This document shows positions 10,343 through 19,155 of a stretch of 64,000 bases of DNA, one piece after another. The DNA comes from Candidatus Hermodarchaeota archaeon (GTDB lineage: Archaea; Asgardarchaeota; Lokiarchaeia; Sigyniarchaeales; SOKP01), in assembly GCA_048885525.1 (NCBI GenBank), contig JBHLLP010000004.1:59413-123412 (forward strand), in the 5' to 3' direction. A model generated the notes under the pieces. The model made no database searches and was not told the origin of the DNA. It worked only from the letters and a program-made list of their open reading frames with translations. The stretch's first letter is position 1; every line of letters starts with the position of its first letter. A program made the position numbers and the translations under genes.

Positions 10343-11497
10343 ATGGGAGATCAGATTAAAAAAGTTGGGATTTTAACTGGAGGAGGAGATTGTCCTGGTT
10401 TAAATTCTGTACTCTATGGAATTATGTTAAAAGCATATGATGCTGGTATTGAGTGTGTAGGAATTCTTAAGGGATGGAAAGGTTTTATAGAAAACCAAAC
10501 AATTCCACTTAATATAGCAGAACATGATGACTTACATACCGTCGGTGGAACAATCCTATATACCAGTAGAACTAATCCATTTAAAGGGTTTGATTCAAAG
10601 GAAGAAAGAGCCAAAGAATTAAGTAACAAATTTGAGGAATTAGGAATTGATGCTTTAATTGCCATAGGTGGAGATGATACATTAGGAGTAGCTGATGCAA
10701 TGTATAAATTTGCCAATGCAAAAGTAATTGGTTGCCCTAAAACAATAGATAATGACTTAGCTGGAACTCATTATACATTTGGGTTTTGGAGTGCTGTACA
10801 ATTAGCCTCAAATACTCTTGATAATCTTACTACCACTGCTCGTTCTCATCAGAGAGTTTTTGTAGTAGAAGTTATGGGAAGAGATGCTGGTTTCTTAACC
10901 ATGTATAGTGGAATATCCGCAGGCGCAGACATAATTTTAATTCCAGAGACTCCATTTGATTTAGAAAAAGATATAATTGAAGTTTTAAAGAAAAGAGTTA
11001 ATGCAGGTTATAAATATCATATAATAGCTACTTCAGAAGGGGCATATCCTAATTTAGAATCATTAAAAAAAGACTTTAAAACTATATCAAAAGAAACAAT
11101 AGATAAATTACCTAAAGATACATTTGGTAACCCGTTATTAGTAAAATTGAATATGTCTCAAATAATTGTTGATGAATTAAATCAAAGAGATGATTTAAAG
11201 CAAGAATTTCAAAAGAATGGAGTAGATTTTGAATGTAGAAGTGTGGTTCTCGGTCATACTATGCGAGCTGGTCCACCAAATTCATTTGATAGAATATTAG
11301 GATTAAGATTTGGCTTAGCTGCAATTAAACTTGTTATAGAAGGCAAGTTTGGTAATATGGTATCACTCCAAGGAAATAAAATAAAAATAGTTCCTTTATC
11401 AGAAGGTATTAAAAAGAAATACCTTACCCCTGAAAATGATAAAATGGAATTGTGTGACTTGCTTGTTAAAATTCGGTATTTATCAAAAAAAAAATGA
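10343..11497 (+). CDS. pfp: 6-phosphofructokinase, PfkA family, PPi-dependent signature
   Basis: TGGGDCPGLN, GGT.L.TSR, GGDD, PKTIDND, EVMGR. Confidence 0.9.
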   Translation: MGDQIKKVGILTGGGDCPGLNSVLYGIMLKAYDAGIECVGILKGWKGFIENQTIPLNIAEHDDLHTVGGTILYTSRTNPFKGFDSKEERAKELSNKFEELGIDALIAIGGDDTLGVADAMYKFANAKVIGCPKTIDNDLAGTHYTFGFWSAVQLASNTLDNLTTTARSHQRVFVVEVMGRDAGFLTMYSGISAGADIILIPETPFDLEKDIIEVLKKRVNAGYKYHIIATSEGAYPNLESLKKDFKTISKETIDKLPKDTFGNPLLVKLNMSQIIVDELNQRDDLKQEFQKNGVDFECRSVVLGHTMRAGPPNSFDRILGLRFGLAAIKLVIEGKFGNMVSLQGNKIKIVPLSEGIKKKYLTPENDKMELCDLLVKIRYLSKKK

Positions 11498-11794
11498 CTT
11501 TATCAACACATTTCAAAAATAGATGAAATTAGAGAAATTCTTCTTAGTTTAATATAAGCAAAAGGAATAGAATCGGAAGATCCACGTATATTCTTAAACC
11601 CATAGATAAAAATTAAAATAGATGTTAAAAGATTAACTCCTTAGAAAGTTCTAACAGTTTTCCTAAATGAATTTTTTTTAATAACATAATGCAGCAATTT
11701 TTAAATAAGATTTAAGTAATAATAGATTCAAAAAAAAGCCTAATTTTAAATATTTTTTGTCAGTTTATTTTTTTACTAAAATTCAAAGTTCCAT

Positions 11795-11818
11795 TGTAGT
11801 TCAACAATAAAAACTATA
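11795..11818. promoter_or_regulatory. Candidate operator TGTAGTT-N10-AACTATA upstream of MFS copy 1
   Basis: Imperfect inverted repeat inside a ~45-bp block also present upstream of MFS copy 2. Confidence 0.45.
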
Positions 11819-11924
11819 AATATTCAAAATTATATATCTTACTCGCTATATAACAATTTTATGTAATTTTCGAAACCACAAATTTCTAAAATATTATCTT
11901 GAACTATTAAATTGATGATTTTTT

Positions 11925-13193
11925 ATGTTCGATAAAGTTAAAAATATATACAGAGGATATCCAAATGCTTTTTGGGTGCTAACTTTCGCTACTTTCATTG
12001 ATATGTTGGGAAGCTTTATTTTATATCCTTTTTATGCTCTGTATATCACTGGACGCTTTGGAGTAGGGATGATCGAAGTAGGGTTCTTATTTTCGATCTT
12101 CTCTATTGGAAACATATTGGGCGGTGTGATTGGAGGAGCTTTAGCTGATAAATATGGTCGTCGTGCGATCATACTTATTGGTTTAGTTGTAAGCGGAATA
12201 GGGAGTGTTTTTATGGGATTAGTTGATAATTTAAATACTTTTTATATCCTTGCTGCATTTTTGGGCTTGATTGGCAATTTTGGAGGTCCTGCAAGACAAG
12301 CAATGGTAGCAGATTTACTTCCAAATGAGAAGCAAACAAAAGGATTTGGGATCATACGAGTGGCATTTAATATTTCAGCAGTGATAGGTCCTCTTCTTGG
12401 CGGATTGATTGCAACTCGATCCTTTATGTTGCTATTTATTGCTGATGCTGTGAGTAGTTTAATTACTGCTTTTATAGTCTATGTTGTGATTCCGGAGACC
12501 AAACCTCAAATGATAGATAATAAATCTCAAGAAACAGTAATCAAGACTCTTATTGGATATAAAACAGTGATAAAGGATTGGAAATTTATGTTATTTCTAG
12601 GTGTATCTGCTATAACAGTATTGGTATATATGCAAATGAACAGTACGTTATCAGTTTTTTTAAGGGATGTTCATGGATTCCCTGAGTCAAGTTTTGGTTA
12701 TTTGTTAAGTATGAATGCAGCTATGGTAGTTCTCTTTCAATTTTGGATAACTAAAAAGATTTCAAAGTATGCTCCTATGAAAATGATGGCTTTTGGGACT
12801 CTTTTTCTTATGATCGGTTTTGGGATGTATGGTTTTATTTCTGAGCCATATCTGTTTTTTGTTGCTATGGGTATTATTACAATAGGGGAATGTATTGTAT
12901 ATCCTCTTGGACAAAGTACAGCCGCATCTTTCGCTCCCGAAGATAAACGAGGAAGATATATGGCGGTTTATGCATTTCAATGGGGGATCCCCAACTTATT
13001 CGGAGTTTTAGCTGCTGGTTTAATTTGGGTGAGTATTGGACCAAATTGGGTATGGTATTTAGCTGGGATTCTTTCTCTGATTTCAACTATTGGATTTTGG
13101 TTAATGCACGGAATTAATAAGGAACTTTTATTAAAAGAAGAACAGCCTATGGAAGATGAATTACTTGAATATACAGTTCCTTCAATAGAATAA
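11925..13193 (+). CDS. MFS transporter (DHA/MdtH-like), tandem copy 1
   Basis: About 12 TM segments; motif A GGALADKYGRR; APEDKRGRYM. Confidence 0.92.
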   Translation: MFDKVKNIYRGYPNAFWVLTFATFIDMLGSFILYPFYALYITGRFGVGMIEVGFLFSIFSIGNILGGVIGGALADKYGRRAIILIGLVVSGIGSVFMGLVDNLNTFYILAAFLGLIGNFGGPARQAMVADLLPNEKQTKGFGIIRVAFNISAVIGPLLGGLIATRSFMLLFIADAVSSLITAFIVYVVIPETKPQMIDNKSQETVIKTLIGYKTVIKDWKFMLFLGVSAITVLVYMQMNSTLSVFLRDVHGFPESSFGYLLSMNAAMVVLFQFWITKKISKYAPMKMMAFGTLFLMIGFGMYGFISEPYLFFVAMGIITIGECIVYPLGQSTAASFAPEDKRGRYMAVYAFQWGIPNLFGVLAAGLIWVSIGPNWVWYLAGILSLISTIGFWLMHGINKELLLKEEQPMEDELLEYTVPSIE

Positions 13194-13268
13194 GAGATAT
13201 CTCTATTATTTTCCTAATTATAATTAATTATTTAATTTTAAGTAAAGATCCTAAATTTAATATTAATG

Positions 13269-13302
13269 ATCGTGAAACACGTCTTCACGATGATTTTTTT
13301 TT
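13269..13302 (+). terminator. Hairpin ATCGTGAA-N7-TTCACGAT followed by a T-run
   Basis: 8-bp perfect stem about 75 nt after the MFS1 stop, then a run of T; could alternatively be a protein-binding palindrome. Confidence 0.4.
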
Positions 13303-13350
13303 GTTAAATTTTAAATTTTAAAGCTAGCTTTTTCAAAATTAAAGTTCTAT

Positions 13351-13374
13351 TATAGTTCAATAATTTAAACTATA
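13351..13374. promoter_or_regulatory. Candidate operator TATAGTT-N10-AACTATA upstream of MFS copy 2
   Basis: Perfect 7-bp inverted repeat in the block conserved with 11781-11825. Confidence 0.5.
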
Positions 13375-13494
13375 AATATTAAAAATCATTTCTTTAAGCA
13401 CTCCATAGCATATTTATTTATGAAAGCTTATCTATTTTTAAAAACTTCAAATTTATACTATGTACTGATAAATACTTAAGTTAATGATAAAGCC

Positions 13495-14781
13495 ATGTTC
13501 AAAAAAATTAAACTAGCATATAAAGAATATCCTAATTCATTTAAAGTGCTTACTCTTGCTACTTTCATTGATAGGTTAGGATCTTTTCTATTATTCCCTT
13601 TTTTTGCTCTATATATAACAGAGCATTTTGGAGTGGGGATGATCCAAGTGGGTTTCCTATTTTCGATCTTTTCAGCCGGGGATATATTCGGTGGTATGAT
13701 AGGAGGAGCATTAGCTGATAAATATGGTCGTCGTATGTTGATTCTTTTTGGTCTAATTGTAAGTGGGATAGGAAGTATCTTAATGGGATTAGTTAATGAT
13801 TTGCATATATTTTTTATTCTTGCGTTATTTTTAGGTTTGATAGGCAATTTTGGAGGTCCAGCACGACAGGCAATGGTAGCGGATATTCTTCCAAAAGATA
13901 AACAAGCAGAAGGATTTGGAATTTTACGAGTGGCACTTAATCTTTCAGCTGTGATTGGTCCAATCCTAGGTGGAATTTTGGCCGCTCGATCTTATATGTT
14001 GTTATTTGTTGCGGATGCTGTGAGTAGTATAATTACGGCGATTATTGTATTTGGTGTAATTCCAGAAACAAAACCTCAAAAGCAGGATGAAAAACCAGAA
14101 GAATCTGTAATACAAACCATTATAGGATATAAAGAAGTGTTAAAAGATTGGGTATATATGGTATTTCTTGGGGTTTCAGCCTTAACGGTATTAGTGTATA
14201 TACAAATGAATAGCACACTTTCAGTATTCTTACGAGACGTTCATGGGTTCCCGGTGCAGAGTTTTGGTTTATTGTTAGCTATGAATGCGACTATGGTGGT
14301 GCTATTTCAATTATGGATAACAAAAAAGATTTCAAAATATGCTCCCATGAAGATGATGACCCTTGGAACTCTGTTTTATTTAATTGGTTTTGGTATGTAT
14401 GGGTTTATTTCTGAGGTATATCTATTTTTCATCGCTATGGTAATTATCACAGTAGGGGAGATGATTGTGATACCAGTTTCCCAAGCTGCTGCAGCATTTT
14501 TTGCTCCTGAAGATAAACGAGGTAGGTATATGGCAATGTTTGGTTTCCATTGGGCAATCCCAAATTTGTTTGCAGTTTTAATTGCTGGAGTAATTATGGA
14601 AAATATTGGACCATATTGGGTGTGGTATTTTGCTGGGATTCTGTCTTTTACGGCAATGATAGGGTTTTGGTCACTTCATGGTGTTACCAAACATCGCTTT
14701 CTAAAAGAAATAAAACCTATGGAAGATAAAGAAGAATTTATTACTCGATCTCAAACACAATCTTCAGATATTCATATTTAG
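13495..14781 (+). CDS. MFS transporter (DHA/MdtH-like), tandem copy 2
   Basis: Aligns end-to-end by eye with 11925-13193; 3' end overlaps the convergent gene by 41 bp. Confidence 0.92.
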   Translation: MFKKIKLAYKEYPNSFKVLTLATFIDRLGSFLLFPFFALYITEHFGVGMIQVGFLFSIFSAGDIFGGMIGGALADKYGRRMLILFGLIVSGIGSILMGLVNDLHIFFILALFLGLIGNFGGPARQAMVADILPKDKQAEGFGILRVALNLSAVIGPILGGILAARSYMLLFVADAVSSIITAIIVFGVIPETKPQKQDEKPEESVIQTIIGYKEVLKDWVYMVFLGVSALTVLVYIQMNSTLSVFLRDVHGFPVQSFGLLLAMNATMVVLFQLWITKKISKYAPMKMMTLGTLFYLIGFGMYGFISEVYLFFIAMVIITVGEMIVIPVSQAAAAFFAPEDKRGRYMAMFGFHWAIPNLFAVLIAGVIMENIGPYWVWYFAGILSFTAMIGFWSLHGVTKHRFLKEIKPMEDKEEFITRSQTQSSDIHI

Positions 14782-15889
14782 AATTAAGCAATTTCAAAAC
14801 TTTCCCCGAAAAATTCCTTAGATTATTAGCATGAGTCTTCTTTTCTTCTATCTGTTCAATTAAAAAGTCATCTATCATATTTCTAGTATTATCAGGTCCG
14901 TTTTGTTCTAAATATTTCATCCAATGAATAGACATTCTACAGATTTTTCTTATATTTTCATTTGTATACTCATTTTTATCGAAGACTTTATCATGATATT
15001 TATTAATTGCATTACTTACCCTTTCCAAATAATCTGCCGTTCCCAATGAGTATCTGCATAAACTAATTAAATTTGAAGTAACTCTAGAATTTCTAGTGTT
15101 AGTTGCTGCTTCAAAGGAAACCCAAACTTCATTCCATTCTTCCCTACTTATACCAACTAAACCATCATTGTGTAAAACAACATTCATAATATCACTAAGA
15201 TCGACATCATGACCTCTTTTTAACTTTTTATTAAAGATTTCTTTAAGCTTAGTTCCTTCAAGATAACTCCCAGCACCAAAATCAAGTAATTGATTCAAAT
15301 TATTTGCAGCACAGAGTGCTTCATATCTTACTTCTCCGGTATCAGGATTAGTCCATTCAACTTGTTTCTCAAACTCCCCAGTTTCTTTATTTTTAATCCA
15401 ACCCATTTTTCTTAATACATGGTCTAATAAATGGACTTTAAAAACCCAAAAATCAATATCATCTGTAAATCTTTTCCTTCTCCAATCTCTTGATGTATAT
15501 TTCCCTAAATATAGTTTCAGAGTTCCACGAATCAAGTTGAATTTTCCCTCTTTTAACGTTTCACATGCATCCCTATAATAAACGTTATCTGGGTCATTAG
15601 AAATTTCAACTATTTTATTGATTATTTTTCTTGCTTCCCCAGCAACAATATCACATGGAATCCTGCCATCAGATGGATATTCTCTTGATCCTCCATCTAA
15701 AAATTTTTTAAACAATTCCAAATCATTATCAGGTATATTATACCATGGATTTTTAAACATTTTTTTACTGAAAATATAATGGGTAAAACCATTTTCATCC
15801 ACTTTTGTTTTATCATGTAAAGGAGAGACATCTCTTAATTTATCTCCTTTTTTAACAGCATCAGTTTTAATATCCCAAATCATACTCAT
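14741..15889 (-). CDS. Hypothetical protein with AbiEii-like nucleotidyltransferase motifs
   Basis: LIRGT...R-F-T-D-D-I-D-F and KLKR...D..DI resemble the GGT...RxSxDxD and KL...DxxD motifs of Pol-beta-superfamily AbiEii NTases. Confidence 0.5.
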   Translation of the reverse strand: MSMIWDIKTDAVKKGDKLRDVSPLHDKTKVDENGFTHYIFSKKMFKNPWYNIPDNDLELFKKFLDGGSREYPSDGRIPCDIVAGEARKIINKIVEISNDPDNVYYRDACETLKEGKFNLIRGTLKLYLGKYTSRDWRRKRFTDDIDFWVFKVHLLDHVLRKMGWIKNKETGEFEKQVEWTNPDTGEVRYEALCAANNLNQLLDFGAGSYLEGTKLKEIFNKKLKRGHDVDLSDIMNVVLHNDGLVGISREEWNEVWVSFEAATNTRNSRVTSNLISLCRYSLGTADYLERVSNAINKYHDKVFDKNEYTNENIRKICRMSIHWMKYLEQNGPDNTRNMIDDFLIEQIEEKKTHANNLRNFSGKVLKLLNSKYEYLKIVFEIE

Positions 15890-15977
15890 ACAGAAAATGA
15901 TATTGAATGCAAATTTTAAATATTTTCAATTATATAAAATAAGAGATTTTTTTATTAATTAACTCTATAGATATTAT

Positions 15978-16658
15978 ATGCGTTTAGAGTATTATAATAT
16001 ATTTACATTAACGCCCTGGGACAATCTTGAAACCAATAAATTAACCCAAATACGAGTTTTATCCTTAAAAAGTGTTTTTAAAAGATTTCCCGTGATAGAA
16101 CCCGTCTTTTTTGAAGATCTTAGTTCAAAAGTGAATACTAATTATCAATACTCGTGGATTGAAAGTATAAAAAGAGTAACCGGACCAAAAAATGAAGATT
16201 ATGATACGACACATTTTAACTTTTTATGGGCATTTGATGTTCAAAATCGAATGTTTCAATTTTTATTTCAAAAAGAAGATACTCAAGGAATTTTAGCTGG
16301 TCTTGCTCCACCAGAATTAGCTAAATTATTTACTAAGTATGGGAAAGAAGCGATATTACGCACACTCTCTTTATTAAATGATCCTTCGAAAATAAAATTT
16401 TTAATGATTCTTGCCGCTAAAGGAAAGTCTATTGCTCAAGAGAGACAATTATTCCAATTGAATAAAAAGCAATATAACAAAATAAAATTTATCGATACAC
16501 TAAAAAGCCAACCAAATATTTCAGGAATTTGGTATCCCTCATATGAACCAAGATGTCCAATTTGTAATGAATTATTAATGGATTTATCTGGGTTAGACTT
16601 TAGGGTTGCATTACGGCAATTAATTTGTCCTCGTTGTGGATATAAAAAGAATGCATAA
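15978..16658 (+). CDS. Hypothetical protein with C-terminal CxxC...CxxC zinc finger
   Basis: 226-aa ORF; CPIC...CPRCGY. Confidence 0.7.
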   Translation: MRLEYYNIFTLTPWDNLETNKLTQIRVLSLKSVFKRFPVIEPVFFEDLSSKVNTNYQYSWIESIKRVTGPKNEDYDTTHFNFLWAFDVQNRMFQFLFQKEDTQGILAGLAPPELAKLFTKYGKEAILRTLSLLNDPSKIKFLMILAAKGKSIAQERQLFQLNKKQYNKIKFIDTLKSQPNISGIWYPSYEPRCPICNELLMDLSGLDFRVALRQLICPRCGYKKNA

Positions 16659-16743
16659 TCTTAAAATCTCAACAATGAACTTTATAAAGATTTATAACAT
16701 TAAATTTAATAATAAAAATCAATAATTAAGATTTTAAAAAGAT

Positions 16744-18267
16744 ATGTTTGTTGCAGCTTTAGATTTAGGAACAACAGGTTGTAGAACTTTCATTTTTGAT
16801 TTATCTGGGTCCATAATTGCAAGTGATTATCAAGAATGGCAGAGTTATTATCCTTCACCCTCATTTGTTGAACAAGATGCTAATATTTGGTGGGATTCAA
16901 TTAAAACAACGATAGAACGAGCAATTAAAAAAAGTGGAATTGATAAAACTGAGATTGTAAGCCTTTCAGTTACTAATCAAAGAGAAACGATAGTACCAGT
17001 AGATAAAGATGGAAATCCTCTGCATAATGCCTTAGTCTGGCAAGATAGAAGGACAATAAATCAAGTAGAATTCATTAAATCAAAAATTGGTTTAAGTAAA
17101 ATTTATGAAACTACGGGACTAACTATAGATCCATATTTTTCTGCGACAAAAATTCTTTGGTTTAAAGATGAAAAACCAGAGATTTATCAAAAAACTCATA
17201 AATTTTTACTTGTATCTGATTTCATTATTCAAAAGTTAACAGGTAAGTTCTGTACAGATTATTCAAATGCCTCACGAACAATGCTATTTGATATCAATGA
17301 ATTAAAATATTCTGAAGAAATTGCATCTGAAATGGAGATAGATTTAGATAAAATGCCAGAAACCCTTGAAAGCGGAGTTGATATTGGAGAAATTGTTACC
17401 CACGAAACTTTATTTGACAAGAAAACCTTAGTAGTAACTGGCGCAGGGGATCAACAATCAGCCGCTTTAGGCGTTGGAGTAGTATCCCCTGGTGAAATTA
17501 AATGCACAACAGGAACAGGAAGTTTTATTTTAGCCTATTTATCACAACCAAAATTCGATCCTGAAAAGCGTGTTTTATGTAGTTGTCATGCTGTTCCAGG
17601 TAGTTGGGTTCAAGAAGCTAGTATATTTACAACTGGAGCAGTGCTCAGATGGTTTCGTGATCAAATAGGACATGCTGAATGCGCAGCAGCTCAAGAAGGC
17701 CAAGATCCTTATGATTTAATTACTGCAGAAGCGGAAAAATCTTCCATTGGAGCAAATGGGTTAATTATAATTCCTCATTTTGTTGGTTCCGGAGCCCCAC
17801 ATTGGAACCCCTTTGCCAGAGGTCTTATTTTTGGCTTAGCTTTGGGTCATGAACGTAAAGATCTCTATAGAGCAGTACTTGAGAGTGTAGCTTATGAATT
17901 AAGAAAAAATGTTGAAGTTTTTAAGGAATTAGGAATAGAACCAAAAGAATTAATGTTAACTGGTGGAGGTTCTCGTTCTGATTTTTGGAATCAGATTTAT
18001 GCTGATGTACTAGGAATCACATGTGTTAGGAATGTTATAGAAGAATCAACTTCGTTAGGAGCTGCCATTTTAGCTGCATCAGGAGCGGGAATTTTTCCTG
18101 ACATTGCAAAAGCAGCTGAAAATTTATGTAAAATAGATAAAAAATGGATTCCTAATAATGATCGGCATAAACTCTATGAGAAATATTATATTTTCTCATA
18201 TGAAATGTATGAAAATATACTGAGCAAAAATCTCTATAAAAAATTCAATAATATTCTTTTAAAATAA
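16744..18267 (+). CDS. FGGY-family carbohydrate kinase (xylulokinase/glycerol kinase-like)
   Basis: DLGTT, TNQRET, WQDRR, SNASRTMLFD, GDQQSA, TGGGSRS. Confidence 0.92.
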   Translation: MFVAALDLGTTGCRTFIFDLSGSIIASDYQEWQSYYPSPSFVEQDANIWWDSIKTTIERAIKKSGIDKTEIVSLSVTNQRETIVPVDKDGNPLHNALVWQDRRTINQVEFIKSKIGLSKIYETTGLTIDPYFSATKILWFKDEKPEIYQKTHKFLLVSDFIIQKLTGKFCTDYSNASRTMLFDINELKYSEEIASEMEIDLDKMPETLESGVDIGEIVTHETLFDKKTLVVTGAGDQQSAALGVGVVSPGEIKCTTGTGSFILAYLSQPKFDPEKRVLCSCHAVPGSWVQEASIFTTGAVLRWFRDQIGHAECAAAQEGQDPYDLITAEAEKSSIGANGLIIIPHFVGSGAPHWNPFARGLIFGLALGHERKDLYRAVLESVAYELRKNVEVFKELGIEPKELMLTGGGSRSDFWNQIYADVLGITCVRNVIEESTSLGAAILAASGAGIFPDIAKAAENLCKIDKKWIPNNDRHKLYEKYYIFSYEMYENILSKNLYKKFNNILLK

Positions 18268-18275
18268 AGATTCTG

Positions 18276-18295
18276 AAGGATGACAAGACATCCTT
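18276..18295 (+). terminator. Hairpin AAGGATG-N6-CATCCTT just after the FGGY kinase stop
   Basis: Perfect 7-bp stem 8 nt after the stop. Confidence 0.3.
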
Positions 18296-18416
18296 ATAAT
18301 AATCAATTTTATATATTTTAAATGTTATTTTTTCTATAATCAAAACTTCTTGGTATTATATGGATTAAAAGTTCTTTTATAATACAGAAATAATTAGAGA
18401 AGAAAAAGTATATTGT

Positions 18417-19034
18417 GTGAAAAAAATGGAATATAATTCTTCAAGTATAGTCAAAGAATTTACTAAGAATCAAAAAACAGTAGCTTTAATATTTTACATA
18501 TTAATAGTAGGCGCTAGTGTAGTAACTATAGGAGGAGTCGTATGGACATTTGCAGATATATTTATCGGAACAACTGGAAAATGGGAATTATTCTTAGATC
18601 TTAATTTGGGATATCAAGTAGCAATTATTGGAGGACTTTTAGCAGGTTTGTTTTTCCTTTTGATTTTCTTTTTTGGGTTATTTAAGAAGACTTCAAAATC
18701 ATTGATAAACTTTATTTATAGAAAGAGGGAACTGGAGCAAAAATATAAAGATCGTATAGACGTAAAAATTGCCGCCGGAGGATTAATAATCAGTTTAATA
18801 GCAATTATTATTGGAGTTATTTTTGCGGTTATTTTAGATATATTTAGCGTTTCAGCAGGAGAATCTTCCTATCTTTTGGATTTATTAGGAAGTACAGGAC
18901 CTTGGGTTTTATTCATCGGAATTGGGCTCTTTGCAATTGTAGGAGTTTCACTCTTTATGATTTATTTTTGGAAGAATGGACATTACTTAATTCTAAGACT
19001 CATTGGAGCGATAGAGAAAGAGCAGAAAAAATGA
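18417..19034 (+). CDS. Hypothetical 4-TM membrane protein with internal two-fold repeat
   Basis: Two helical-hairpin halves, each with TM-DIF-loop-TM-(F/W)K. Confidence 0.7.
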   Translation: MKKMEYNSSSIVKEFTKNQKTVALIFYILIVGASVVTIGGVVWTFADIFIGTTGKWELFLDLNLGYQVAIIGGLLAGLFFLLIFFFGLFKKTSKSLINFIYRKRELEQKYKDRIDVKIAAGGLIISLIAIIIGVIFAVILDIFSVSAGESSYLLDLLGSTGPWVLFIGIGLFAIVGVSLFMIYFWKNGHYLILRLIGAIEKEQKK

Positions 19035-19155
19035 AACCCTTGAGACCCTTGATTAAATCAGAAATTTAATGCTCTTATATTTTTTTTATTTAAATATATT
19101 CTCTAATAAATTCAAACCATTATTTTAATCTCTTTTATTTAGTATTCTTAATAAT

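Noticed and set aside
11500-11700. Minus-strand 45-codon hydrophobic open stretch (GVNLLTSILIFIYGFKN...) preceded by an in-frame TAA
   Set aside because: No start codon and no recognisable family; possibly a gene remnant, but I cannot support it
19037-19053. Short direct repeat ACCCTTGA x2
   Set aside because: Only two 8-bp copies; no evidence of function
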